Assembly (NCBI GenBank): GCA_964447805.1
Contig: CAYUTQ010000009.1
Coordinates: forward strand, 2,025-66,024
DNA: 64,000 bases
From: an uncultured Clostridia bacterium
Lineage (GTDB): Bacteria; Bacillota; Clostridia; Tissierellales; DATGTQ01
Direction: 5' to 3'
The notes beneath the pieces are model-generated. The model saw only the letters and a program-made list of their open reading frames with translations, ran no database searches and had not been told where the DNA came from. Shown piece by piece: positions 32,904-42,670 of this stretch (the stretch's first letter is position 1; each line of letters opens with the position of its first letter). The translations under genes and the position numbers were made by a program.

Positions 32904-33318
32904 AATCGTTGCTTTTTTGTCTATACAAAATATAAATGCCACCAATTATTAACAGTATAGGCCAGTATTTACGAATTTTATACCATGGTACTGATAATTG
33001 AGGAAATATATTTTTAGCTAAAAGAAAACCACCAATTATAATAAGTCCAACGCCTATAAAAATAGCACTATTTTTAAGGGTAGCCTGGTTATCAGTAGTA
33101 TCATTATCATAATATATTACTCTATCATTTTCTTCTGGTATTATTAAAGAGCATACAATATAAGTTATGATACCACTACCGCCAGTGGATATAGCTAATA
33201 CTAGCCAAAATAGTCTAATAATAGCTGGATCAATATTAAAATATTCTCCTAATCCACCACATACACCACTAATTATTTTATTAGTTTTAGAACGATAAAT
33301 TTTTCTATCCATTAACAT
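32902..33318 (-). CDS. PspC-domain membrane protein
   Basis: N-terminus KIISGVCGGLGEYFNIDPAIIRLFWLVL (PspC motif) followed by TM segments. Confidence 0.8.
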   Translation of the reverse strand: MLMDRKIYRSKTNKIISGVCGGLGEYFNIDPAIIRLFWLVLAISTGGSGIITYIVCSLIIPEENDRVIYYDNDTTDNQATLKNSAIFIGVGLIIIGGFLLAKNIFPQLSVPWYKIRKYWPILLIIGGIYILYRQKSND

Positions 33319-33463
33319 ACCTCCTACAAGGTTATGAGAGTATTTTATCAGAAAAGCATGTAAAATAAAACTTAAAAAATGGAAAAAGATTTTCTTTTTT
33401 ATTCACAATATGTTATCAATATGATAATATAAGTAATTAGAAGAAATATTTGGAGGGCGAAAA

Positions 33464-33895
33464 ATGTATAATATGTTTTCTGTAGTATTTAAATATATCT
33501 TTATATTTATAATATACTTTTTTATGATTAATATAATTCGTCTTATTTATTTAGACATAAAAAGTATGAATTTATCTTCTTTAGATAAAAATATTTATTT
33601 AAAATTAATAAATAGAAAAGAAACATTACCTTTTAAGGTAGAAGAATTTTATTCTTTAGAAGATAATATATTTATAGGTAGGAGCAACCAAAACAATATT
33701 GTAATTAAAGATCCTTATATCTCAAAACGGCATTTGCATATAGTTAAAGATGAAGGCCATTATTATCTTGAGGATATGGGAAGTGTAAATGGCACGTTTG
33801 TAAATGGAAACAAAATAATGGATGTAATTAGGTTAAGAAATGGTGATAGAATAAGAATAGGACAAGTAGAATTTTTATTTGTTAATAAGGACTAA
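33464..33895 (+). CDS. FHA-domain protein with an N-terminal TM anchor
   Basis: N-terminal TM segment followed by FIGRSNQNNIVIKDPYISKRHLHI...DMGSVNGTFVNGNKI, which is a canonical FHA core. Confidence 0.85.
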   Translation: MYNMFSVVFKYIFIFIIYFFMINIIRLIYLDIKSMNLSSLDKNIYLKLINRKETLPFKVEEFYSLEDNIFIGRSNQNNIVIKDPYISKRHLHIVKDEGHYYLEDMGSVNGTFVNGNKIMDVIRLRNGDRIRIGQVEFLFVNKD

Positions 33896-33907
33896 GGAGT
33901 TGTAAAG

Positions 33908-35143
33908 ATGTTTAAAAAATTAACCAATTATAAAGTTCCTAGAAATCTTCTAGTATTATTTCATATTTCTGCATTATTGTTATTAATATTACTTGCTTTT
34001 AAAAAAGATAATATTAATAAATCCACATTGACATTAGGGTTTATTTTAATATTAGTTATATATATATCTAATTTTATTCTGTTAAAAATATCTTCGGGAG
34101 ATCATTATATATTTTTAATTGTATCTATGCTTTTAAGTATTGGACTTTTAATGATATATCGTATTGAACCAAGTTTAGGCATGAGACAAGTAATATGGAT
34201 AAGTGGTGGTATTATAGTTTTTTTCATGACCTATACATTTGTAAAAAATATCAAAGAATGGAAAAATTGGACATCAATATATGCAATAATTTCATTGCTT
34301 TTGTTTTTAGCAACAATGTGTTTTGCAAAAGCTATAAAAGGATCTAGGAACTGGTTGAAAATAGGAAAATTTAGTTTTCAACCAGCAGAAATTATTAAAA
34401 TATTATATATTTTTTTCATTGCATCTTATTATTCAAATGAAGATAAATACAATAAAAAAGGTAAAGGTAGTTATTTTATATTAATATCTGCTTATATTTT
34501 TATGGGTTTTTTGTTTTTACAGAAAGATTTAGGAATGGCATTGTTATATTATTTAATATTTTTAGCAATCCAATTTGTTTATGAGAAAAACAGAAGATTA
34601 TTATATTATAATATTGGTTTATCTGTATTTGGTGCGATTATAGGTTATGTTGTTTTTGATCATGTTAAAATAAGAGTATCAATTTGGCTTGATCCTTGGA
34701 AAGATATAGGGAACAAGGGTTACCAAATAGCACAATCTCTTTTTGCAATTGCTAGTGGTGGATTTTTTGGGACTGGAATAGGTTTAGGGCATCCTGATTT
34801 CATACCAGAAGTTCATACGGATTTTATTTTTTCAGCTATTTGTGAAGAAATGGGTTTATTTACGGGAATGGCAGTAATAATGTTGTTTTTAATTTTAGTA
34901 TATAGAGGTTTTAAAATATCACTTAGTCAAGAAGATACTTTTTTTAAAATAGTTGCTTTAGGTATAAGTGTTATGTTTGCTGCTCAAGTTTTTATCATAT
35001 GTGGTGGAGTAATAAAGCTAATACCGTTGACAGGAATAACTTTACCATTCGTAAGTTATGGTGGTAGTTCAATGATAACAAGTTTTATTGCATTGGGTAT
35101 ATTACAAGTAGCATCTGAAGAGATAGAAACAGAGGTGGAATGA
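33908..35143 (+). CDS. FtsW/RodA/SpoVE-family peptidoglycan glycosyltransferase (SEDS)
   Basis: About 10-TM protein with SFQPAEIIKI, DLGMALLY and PLTGITLPFVSYGGSSM motifs. Confidence 0.85.
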   Translation: MFKKLTNYKVPRNLLVLFHISALLLLILLAFKKDNINKSTLTLGFILILVIYISNFILLKISSGDHYIFLIVSMLLSIGLLMIYRIEPSLGMRQVIWISGGIIVFFMTYTFVKNIKEWKNWTSIYAIISLLLFLATMCFAKAIKGSRNWLKIGKFSFQPAEIIKILYIFFIASYYSNEDKYNKKGKGSYFILISAYIFMGFLFLQKDLGMALLYYLIFLAIQFVYEKNRRLLYYNIGLSVFGAIIGYVVFDHVKIRVSIWLDPWKDIGNKGYQIAQSLFAIASGGFFGTGIGLGHPDFIPEVHTDFIFSAICEEMGLFTGMAVIMLFLILVYRGFKISLSQEDTFFKIVALGISVMFAAQVFIICGGVIKLIPLTGITLPFVSYGGSSMITSFIALGILQVASEEIETEVE

Positions 35144-35144
35144 T

Positions 35145-36551
35145 GTGGATAAACAAATAAAAAGAATGACAAAAGTACTCGCGGTAGTTTGTGTTATGTA
35201 TGTTGCTTTAATAGTATATCTAAGTTATTTTCAGGTGTTTAAAGCTTCAAAAGTAGCCAAAAATAACTATAATAAAAGATTATCAATAAATGAAGATAAT
35301 ATTTTAAGAGGTTCGATAATAGATAGAAATGGAAAAATATTGGCATATAGTGAAAAAACAGATGATTCAATTAAGAGATATTATAATTTTGACAATCTCT
35401 ATAGCCATGTTATTGGATACAATTATAAGGATTATGGAAAATCAGGATTAGAGTCAGCATATAATAGTGAGTTATTGAATTTTAAGGAAAATGCTACTTT
35501 GCAAGAAATACAAAAAATTATAACTCCCAATATGGAAGGAAATTCTTTGAAACTTACTATAGATCATAATCTTCAACAATATTCACGAGAATTGCTTAAA
35601 GGTAAGAAGGGTGCAATAATAGCTATGAATCCTAAAACTGGAGAGATATATTCCATGGTAAGCCAACCTGATTTTAATCCAAATACTTTAGGAGAACAGT
35701 GGAATAATATTATGGAAGACCCAGATAGTCCATTTTTAAATAGAGCAACTACAGGACTTTATCCTCCAGGTTCTATTTTTAAAGTCATTACTGCGGCAAC
35801 AGCTTTGGAAAGTCCTAATATAGATCAAGATTTTGAATGTAAGGGCTCATTAGAAGTAGAAGGATATACTATAAAAGATTATGAAGAGAGTGGACATGGT
35901 AATATTGATTTAGCAGAAGCTCTTGTGAAATCCTGTAATACTTATTTTGCTAATATGGGTTTACAATTAGGAAAGGATAAATTAGGTGAAGTAGCAGATA
36001 GATTTATGATTAATAAGAAAATACCTTTTGATTTACCTACAAAAAAATCCTCTTTTCCATATAAAGAAAACTTAGGTAAAACCGATATAGCAGCATCAAG
36101 TTTTGGTCAAGGAAAAGTACTTGTAACACCATTAAATATGGTTATGGTGGCTTCGGCTATTAGTAATAATGGAAAAGTTGTAAAACCTATATTGGTTAAG
36201 GAAATTATATCTCCTAAAGGCAATTTAATAAAGACTAATGAGACTATAGTGTTATCTCAAGGAATGGATGAATTTTATGCTGATAAATTAAAAGATATGA
36301 TGGTAGAGGTAGTAGATAGAGGTACAGGAAGGAATGCACAAATTGAAGGTGTGAGAGTTGCAGGAAAGACAGGAACTGCAGAAAACGCATCAGGTAAGGC
36401 TCATGCTTGGTTTATTGGGTTTGCACCTGCTGATGAACCAAAAGTTGCAGTATGTGTAGTTCTTGAAGATGATGGTTCTACTGGTGGTAAAAGTGCAGCT
36501 CCTATTGCTAGAAATATTATGGCAGAGGCAATGAAAAATGTTGAATATTAA
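35145..36551 (+). CDS. Class B penicillin-binding protein (D,D-transpeptidase)
   Basis: SxxK (PGSIFKV), SxN (KSCN) and KTG (AGKTGTA) motifs with an N-terminal TM segment. The GTG start lies 6 nt after AGAGGTGG. Confidence 0.85.
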   Translation: MDKQIKRMTKVLAVVCVMYVALIVYLSYFQVFKASKVAKNNYNKRLSINEDNILRGSIIDRNGKILAYSEKTDDSIKRYYNFDNLYSHVIGYNYKDYGKSGLESAYNSELLNFKENATLQEIQKIITPNMEGNSLKLTIDHNLQQYSRELLKGKKGAIIAMNPKTGEIYSMVSQPDFNPNTLGEQWNNIMEDPDSPFLNRATTGLYPPGSIFKVITAATALESPNIDQDFECKGSLEVEGYTIKDYEESGHGNIDLAEALVKSCNTYFANMGLQLGKDKLGEVADRFMINKKIPFDLPTKKSSFPYKENLGKTDIAASSFGQGKVLVTPLNMVMVASAISNNGKVVKPILVKEIISPKGNLIKTNETIVLSQGMDEFYADKLKDMMVEVVDRGTGRNAQIEGVRVAGKTGTAENASGKAHAWFIGFAPADEPKVAVCVVLEDDGSTGGKSAAPIARNIMAEAMKNVEY

Positions 36552-36570
36552 TTATTGAAAGGAGATTGTT

Positions 36571-38376
36571 ATGTGCAAAGGGAAGAATAAACTACCTGAA
36601 AGAAAAGATATTCCAGAAAAATTCAAATGGGATTTAGAATCTATGTATGAAAGCAATGATTTATGGGAAAAAGATTTTAATAAAGTGAAAGAACTAGCAA
36701 ATGAAATTGTTGAATATAAAGGTAAAGTCATAGAAAGCAGTCAAAGTTTGTATCAAGTATTAAATAAGAGAGATAAGCTATTGAGATTAGTTGATAATAT
36801 TTTTACTTATTCTCATATGAGGTTAGATGAAGATAGTAGGAATAGCATATATCAAGCTTTAAATGACAGAGCTATGAATTTATGTGTATTGGTAGAAGAA
36901 AAAATATCTTTTATAATCCCAGAAATATTAACTTTAAAGGAAGATAAGCTTGAAAATTTTATGGCGGAAAAAGAAGAATTAGAAAAATATAGACAATATT
37001 TAGAAGATATTTTAAGACAGAAAGCTCATGTACTTTCTTCAATAGAAGAAGCACTAATTGCAAAAACTGGTGAAATTACAAATTCTCCTTCAAATATTTA
37101 CTCTATGCTAAATGATGCTGATATAAGATTTCCAATTGTAAAAAATGAAAATGGGGAAGATACAGAGATAACTCAAGGTAATTTTATTCCTTTAATGGAA
37201 AGTGAAGATAGAAATGTAAGAAAAGCAGCATATGAAGGTTTATATAGTACTTATCAAAAATTTAAAAATACTTTTGCTTCTACTTTAAGTGCTTGTATCA
37301 AGGGAAATATATTTTATTCTAAGGCAAGAAACTATAAATCTAGTTTGGAGGCAGCATTAAATGACAATAATATTCCTATATCAGTTTATGATAATCTAAT
37401 TGATTCAGTTCACGAAAATTTGGATACTATGTACAAGTATATGGATATAAGAAAAAGAGCTTTAGGAATAGAAAATTTACATTTTTATGATTTGTATACT
37501 CCTATTGTAAAGGATATAAATATAGAAATTCCTTATGAAGAAGCTCAAAAAAATGTTATGAAAGGATTAGAACCTTTAGGAAATGAGTATTTATCAGTAA
37601 TAAAGAAAGGATTTAATTCAAGATGGATAGATGTTTATGAAAATAGGGGTAAAAGAAGTGGAGCTTATTCAAGTGGTAGCTATGATTCAAAGCCATTCAT
37701 ACTAATGAGTTATCATGGTACTCTTGATAATGTTTTCACAATAGCTCATGAAATGGGCCATTCAGTTCATAGCTATTTTACAAGAGAAAATCAACCTTTT
37801 ATTTATGGTGGATATAGTATTTTTGTAGCAGAAGTAGCATCTACTGTAAATGAAGCACTTTTGGTAAATTATATGATTGATAATGCTAAAGATGCTAAAG
37901 AAAAACTTTATTTAATCAATTATTTTTTAGAACAATTTAGGACTACTGTATTTAGACAAACTATGTTTGCAGAATTTGAAAGAGATATATATCAATATGT
38001 AGAAAAGGGCGGAGCATTGACGGCAGATTATTTAATAGACAGTTATAAAGAGTTAAATGCAAAATATTATGGATCTAATGTAATTGTGGATGACAAAATT
38101 GGTATAGAATGGGCTAGAATTCCACATTTTTATTATAACTATTATGTGTACCAATATGCTACTGGCTTTTCGGCAGCAGTTTCATTATCACAACAAATAT
38201 TGAAAGAAGGAGATGAAGCTGTAAATAAATATTTAAACTTTTTAAAGAGTGGATCATCTGATTATCCTATTAATATTCTTAAAGAAGCAGGAGTGGATAT
38301 GACTACTAGGGAACCAGTAAATAATGCATTAAAATTGTTTAAAAAACTAGTAGATGAAATGGATAAACTAGTATAA
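36571..38376 (+). CDS. pepF: Oligoendopeptidase F (M3B)
   Basis: About 600 aa with the IAHEMGHSVH zinc motif and a PepF-like N-terminus (KWDLESMY). Confidence 0.9.
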   Translation: MCKGKNKLPERKDIPEKFKWDLESMYESNDLWEKDFNKVKELANEIVEYKGKVIESSQSLYQVLNKRDKLLRLVDNIFTYSHMRLDEDSRNSIYQALNDRAMNLCVLVEEKISFIIPEILTLKEDKLENFMAEKEELEKYRQYLEDILRQKAHVLSSIEEALIAKTGEITNSPSNIYSMLNDADIRFPIVKNENGEDTEITQGNFIPLMESEDRNVRKAAYEGLYSTYQKFKNTFASTLSACIKGNIFYSKARNYKSSLEAALNDNNIPISVYDNLIDSVHENLDTMYKYMDIRKRALGIENLHFYDLYTPIVKDINIEIPYEEAQKNVMKGLEPLGNEYLSVIKKGFNSRWIDVYENRGKRSGAYSSGSYDSKPFILMSYHGTLDNVFTIAHEMGHSVHSYFTRENQPFIYGGYSIFVAEVASTVNEALLVNYMIDNAKDAKEKLYLINYFLEQFRTTVFRQTMFAEFERDIYQYVEKGGALTADYLIDSYKELNAKYYGSNVIVDDKIGIEWARIPHFYYNYYVYQYATGFSAAVSLSQQILKEGDEAVNKYLNFLKSGSSDYPINILKEAGVDMTTREPVNNALKLFKKLVDEMDKLV

Positions 38377-38379
38377 TAA

Positions 38380-38407
38380 AAAAAGGCTTGGTTTCAAGCC
38401 TTTTTTT
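38380..38407. terminator. Bidirectional terminator (pepF / nadK convergent)
   Basis: AAAAAGGCTTG pairs with CAAGCCTTTTT and a T-run follows. Confidence 0.7.
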
Positions 38408-39215
38408 ATAAAAATTTACTTTTTAAATTGTTCCAATACATATTTTTATCAAAATTTAATCTTGAAATGGTCATATCAGATATTTTTAAATCCATTTTTA
38501 CAATATCATCGTACCGACATTCTGTTCCATCGATAATTATTAAAATAGAGTTTTCATATCTGTATTCAGGCTTTATAGTAATAGTCATATCTCCGGGAAT
38601 TATTGTGCTATTTAATAAGGAACGATAAGCTTTAGAGCTAATAGGAGATAAAGGTGTTATTTGTAGAGTTTTCAATGTTGGATACACAATACTTCCACCA
38701 CTAGAAAAATTATAAGCAGTACTTCCTACAGGAGTAGCAATTATAATGCCGTCACCACTAAATTTTTCTAAATGATTATCTTCAATATAAATTTCTAAAT
38801 GAACTACTTTTGAATTAATACCTTTTATAACAATTTCATTAACACCAATAAACTGAAAATAGTCTGATTTTGTAAAAATATTTAATTCAACTAGAAAAAT
38901 TTTTTCAACAGAATACTGTTTTTTTACATATTTATCAATAAAATTATCAATGCTTTCTGGAAGGATTTCTTGAAAAAAGCCTAGATGGCCAGTATTTATT
39001 CCTACGAAAGGAATGGCGGGAAAATCATAATTATGTATGGCTCTTAAAAAAGCACCATCTCCACCAACACAAATATTTAATTCAGCATTTTTTGAATACT
39101 TTGTTGGAACTATAAATCCTTTTTCTTTTAATTTTTCTATTAATATCTTAGATGTTTTAATTGAATCTGCATTAGTATTTGAAATAACATTTATTTTCCT
39201 GTTGTTAAATGTCAA
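38406..39215 (-). CDS. nadK: NAD+ kinase
   Basis: The GGDGAFLRA motif and GSTAYNFSSGGSIV are typical of PpnK/NadK. Confidence 0.9.
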   Translation of the reverse strand: MTFNNRKINVISNTNADSIKTSKILIEKLKEKGFIVPTKYSKNAELNICVGGDGAFLRAIHNYDFPAIPFVGINTGHLGFFQEILPESIDNFIDKYVKKQYSVEKIFLVELNIFTKSDYFQFIGVNEIVIKGINSKVVHLEIYIEDNHLEKFSGDGIIIATPVGSTAYNFSSGGSIVYPTLKTLQITPLSPISSKAYRSLLNSTIIPGDMTITIKPEYRYENSILIIIDGTECRYDDIVKMDLKISDMTISRLNFDKNMYWNNLKSKFL

Positions 39216-39314
39216 AAGTATTCCCTCCTATTAAAATGAGTATTTTTTATATTATAATTCTATTATATAATAAAATACAGGGTATTGGAAAATAAGATGG
39301 ATTGTAAAATGCCT

Positions 39315-39833
39315 CTAATTTAATTTAGAGGCATTTTTATCTTTAGAAGAAGGTTCTAATTTTTTCATAGTTTGAAACATTTTTGCCAAATCTAATAATT
39401 TATCTTTTTGGGTTTCATCTATTTTTTCTGTGAAAGGTTCAATTATGTTTATTAAATTATTGATATCATTAGTTTTTTCTGGATTAGACATAATATCATT
39501 TAAAGTATAGAGAATATTTTTATATTTGTCTATATTTATTAATATTTCAAAAATTGTACTTATAGATTTTATATTTTCATCAGAAACTTCTTTTTTTAAT
39601 ATAGTAACTATGTAGTTTAATCTTTCTTTATTATTTTCAACTGATTTTGGCTCAACTAAAATAAAAGGTTTATTTGTGTGAATAAAATTTGCAGCTTTAT
39701 ATATGGTTAATATTTTTTCAGTAAGTAGAAGAGATTTATTTACTATGGAAATAAGGTCTTCAGGAAAATAAGGAGCAATTTTTCGTGTGATGTTCATTTT
39801 TTTTATGGTATATTGCTCATCAATCATAAGCAT
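39315..39833 (-). CDS. Hypothetical protein (172 aa)
   Basis: Long ORF with a terminator hairpin over its stop (AAATGCCTCTAAA/TTTAGAGGCATTT). No family was recognised. Confidence 0.55.
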   Translation of the reverse strand: MLMIDEQYTIKKMNITRKIAPYFPEDLISIVNKSLLLTEKILTIYKAANFIHTNKPFILVEPKSVENNKERLNYIVTILKKEVSDENIKSISTIFEILINIDKYKNILYTLNDIMSNPEKTNDINNLINIIEPFTEKIDETQKDKLLDLAKMFQTMKKLEPSSKDKNASKLN

Positions 39834-39967
39834 ACCCCCTAAATGAGTTTATTTATATTATATTATGCAACAAATTTTTTAATGTACATATAGATATTAA
39901 ATAGTAATAAATTCAAATGTCATTTCATAGGTTTTAAATATAATATTTTGAGGAGGGTAATGTATTT

Positions 39968-40255
39968 ATGGATAAAAAGAAAAATTTAAAAGAAGTAATA
40001 AATGGATTAGAACAAATTAGTCCTGAAGGAGAAGAATTAGAAAAAATAAAGAAAATAGCAGAAAACTATGAAAATAAATCTGAAGAGGAAGTATTTTTTG
40101 AAATTATTAACTTAAATAAAAAGATGGAACAAGATATGGATGAAGATCAATATCAAGAAGTATTTGAAAAGCTTGAAAGTATAAGGCCACTTTTAAATGA
40201 AGAACAGTTAGAAAGATTAGATAGAGTATTAGAAGTATTAAGAGATAGTAAATAG
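39968..40255 (+). CDS. Hypothetical acidic helical protein (95 aa)
   Basis: GAGGAGGG RBS followed by an ATG. The protein is Glu/Lys-rich and no family was recognised. Confidence 0.55.
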   Translation: MDKKKNLKEVINGLEQISPEGEELEKIKKIAENYENKSEEEVFFEIINLNKKMEQDMDEDQYQEVFEKLESIRPLLNEEQLERLDRVLEVLRDSK

Positions 40256-40355
40256 AGTTAAAAAAATTCCTACCCTACCATATGTAGGAAATAGACAAAA
40301 TAGTAATAAAATGTTATACTATCATAGTATTATGTAAACTAAGGAGGAAAAAATA

Positions 40356-42125
40356 GTGGGATTAAAAAAGAAAACTGTTTTGTTTTTAATTTTAGTAATA
40401 ATAGTTGCCACTTTATCCAGTATATATTTGTATGTAAATAAGAAAAATGAATATAAAGAAATTTCATATACAAAGTTTATAGAAAATTTAAATAAGAGAC
40501 AGGTTGAGTCAGTAAAGATGAACAATAATCCTAAAATTTATGGTAAATTAAAAGATGGAACTTTATTTATTACAGATAATCCTAAAACTGAAAATTTTAA
40601 AGAAAAGTTGCTTATAAACAATGTTGAGGTTGTTGAAAATGATAGAGGCTCTAGCGGAATGGAAATATTAAGTTTTATACTTTTTTTTGCAGGAATAGGA
40701 GCAATAGCTTTGTTCATAAATAAAAATATGACTCAACAGGCCCAAAAAGAAATGGCTTCTATGTCTAATATGGAAAATGAAGAATTAAAAAACAGAAAAA
40801 TAACTTTTGATGATGTAGCAGGGAATGAAGAAGTTAAAGAATCATTAAAGGAGTTAGTAGACTTTATTAGTTCCCCTGAAAAATATAGTAGATACGGTGC
40901 AAGGATGCCTAGAGGAGTTTTATTATATGGTCCTCCAGGAACAGGTAAAACTCTTCTTGCAAAGGCTTTAGCGGGAGAAGCCAAAGTTCCATTTTACTCA
41001 GTATCAGGGTCAGATTTTATTCAAGTATATGCAGGATTAGGGGCTAGTAGAATAAGAACATTATTTAAAAAAGCAAAACAGGATAGAAAAAGTGTTATTT
41101 TTATTGATGAAATAGATGCTTTGGGAAGAAAAAGAAAAGGAAATTTTTCAAGTGGTGGAAGTGAAGAAGGAGATAGAACATTAAATGCTCTTTTAACTGA
41201 AATGTCAGGTTTTAATGATAATGAGGGTATAATTGTGATGGCAGCCACTAATAGAATAGATACATTAGATGAAGCTTTATTGAGACCAGGGAGATTTGAT
41301 AGACAAATTGAAGTAGGACTGCCAGATGTGAATGCTAGATATAAGATATTAAAACTACATTCAAAAAATAAGCCTTTGGATAAGGAAGTTAATTTAAGAA
41401 AAATAGCTTTAGAAACAATATATTTTAGTGGTGCAAAATTAGAAAATTTAATGAATGAATCAGCTATGTTAGCAGCAAGAGAAAATGTTCCTTATATAAC
41501 AATGGAACATATAAATAAAGCTTTTTATACTGTTTTAGTTGGGGAAGAAAAAAAAGATAGGGAAGGAATTCATTACGATGATAAAAAAATTACTGCTTTT
41601 CATGAAGCTGGCCATGCATTGATAACAAAAAAAGTATCACCATTAAATAGGGTAACAAAAGTAAGCATTATTCCTAGTACCAAGGGTGCAGGAGGATTTA
41701 GTATGAATATACCTCCAGATCGAATGTATCAATCAAAACAAGATATTATAAATAATATAATGATTTCTTTAGGGGGTAGAGCTGCTGAAGAAGTTGTTTT
41801 TGGTAAAGAAAATATAACCACAGGTGCATCAAATGATTTACAAAAGGTTACAGAATTAGCTCTTTCTATGATAAGTATTTTTGGGATGGATGAAAAAATA
41901 GGATTAGTAAACTATGAAGTAGTATTAAAAAATAATTTAGAAACCGATTCAAGTCTTATTGATAGAGTAAAAGATTTAATAGATAAAATTTATATAGAAA
42001 CTAAAGAGATTATTATGGAAAATTACAACATATTAGAATTAATTGCAAATGAGTTACTAAAAAAAGAAGTATTAAATGAATATGAAATAAATGAAATTTT
42101 TATTGATTCTACACTTGCAGTATAA
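40356..42125 (+). CDS. ftsH: ATP-dependent zinc metalloprotease FtsH (short paralogue, 589 aa)
   Basis: Two TM segments, Walker A GPPGTGKTLLAKA, Walker B VIFIDEIDA, the second region of homology (ATNRIDTLDEALLRPGRFDR) and HEAGHAL. TAAGGAGG precedes the GTG start. Confidence 0.9.
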   Translation: MGLKKKTVLFLILVIIVATLSSIYLYVNKKNEYKEISYTKFIENLNKRQVESVKMNNNPKIYGKLKDGTLFITDNPKTENFKEKLLINNVEVVENDRGSSGMEILSFILFFAGIGAIALFINKNMTQQAQKEMASMSNMENEELKNRKITFDDVAGNEEVKESLKELVDFISSPEKYSRYGARMPRGVLLYGPPGTGKTLLAKALAGEAKVPFYSVSGSDFIQVYAGLGASRIRTLFKKAKQDRKSVIFIDEIDALGRKRKGNFSSGGSEEGDRTLNALLTEMSGFNDNEGIIVMAATNRIDTLDEALLRPGRFDRQIEVGLPDVNARYKILKLHSKNKPLDKEVNLRKIALETIYFSGAKLENLMNESAMLAARENVPYITMEHINKAFYTVLVGEEKKDREGIHYDDKKITAFHEAGHALITKKVSPLNRVTKVSIIPSTKGAGGFSMNIPPDRMYQSKQDIINNIMISLGGRAAEEVVFGKENITTGASNDLQKVTELALSMISIFGMDEKIGLVNYEVVLKNNLETDSSLIDRVKDLIDKIYIETKEIIMENYNILELIANELLKKEVLNEYEINEIFIDSTLAV

Positions 42126-42143
42126 TGAAATTCAAGCTATAAT
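42115..42143 (+). promoter_or_regulatory. SigA-type promoter for the downstream structured RNA
   Basis: TTGCAG (42115..42120), a 17-nt spacer, then TATAAT (42138..42143). It straddles the ftsH stop codon. Confidence 0.5.
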
Positions 42144-42149
42144 TAATAT

Positions 42150-42360
42150 AGAAATATTTCTGCGGTGTGCGCTATCCCTATAATTCAACCGACATTGAAT
42201 ATACGGGAGTCTGTGTTCAGCAATGTATGATAGGCCTCTTTTATAAAGGAAATCAAAAATTGTTGACAGGGCACCCACCTTGTGAGAGGCGGGTGTGAAT
42301 TAGTTGGGAATACGGCATCGCGGAATAAAAAACCCTTTGGTTAGATCCAAGGGGTTTTTT
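42150..42360 (+). ncRNA. ssrS: Structured GC-rich RNA, best read as 6S RNA (ends approximate)
   Basis: This is the only GC-rich non-coding island in the window. The 5' UUCUGCGGUG pairs with the 3' CAUCGCGGAA, extended by CUAUCCC/GGGAAUA and UAAUUCA/UGAAUUA, giving a long interrupted closing helix. An internal imperfect helix (ACAUUG/CAAUGU, GCAAU/AUUGU, CUGU/ACAG) and a 3'-side hairpin (CACCCACC/GGCGGGUG) are also present. The end sequences resemble the E. coli 6S termini (AUUUCUCUGAGAUG...GGCAUCUCGGAGAUUC). An intrinsic terminator lies at 42327..42360. Confidence 0.5.
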
Positions 42361-42427
42361 ATGTATAATGTTTAAATTTTAGTTAATACTATTATTGTAA
42401 AATAGGAATTAAAAGAGAAGGTGTCCT

Positions 42428-42670
42428 ATGTTTTTAGTTTGTCCGCTATGCAATGGTTTATATGAAATTCAACAAAAATGTTTTATTTGTAATAATGACA
42501 TGGTGGATAGGGGACCAATTGTCAATTATCTAGATGATTATAGCCCTTATCTATTAGATGATATTACAACTTTAGTGGACGGAGTTGAAAAAGAAAAATG
42601 TGTTCATTTATTTTACTGCAACAATTGTAATTATGATAAAAGAGTAGTTATAAGTAAAAAAGAAATTTAG
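42428..42670 (+). CDS. Small Cys-rich (zinc-ribbon-like) protein, 80 aa
   Basis: CPLC...CFIC and C...CNNC pairs are present. AGAGAAGGTG precedes the ATG. Confidence 0.55.
   Translation: MFLVCPLCNGLYEIQQKCFICNNDMVDRGPIVNYLDDYSPYLLDDITTLVDGVEKEKCVHLFYCNNCNYDKRVVISKKEI

Noticed and set aside
40322-41248. Minus-strand ORFs overlapping ftsH (40322..40525, 40733..40984, 41021..41248)
   Set aside because: They are antisense to a canonical FtsH coding sequence and no independent signals support them.
42150-42427. Riboswitch or T-box leader controlling the 80-aa Cys-rich ORF at 42428
   Set aside because: I could not find T-box, SAM, TPP, FMN, cobalamin, lysine, glycine, c-di-GMP, c-di-AMP, ZTP, fluoride or guanidine signature sequences. 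The end-to-end pairing into one rod fits 6S RNA better. This is not fully excluded without cmsearch.
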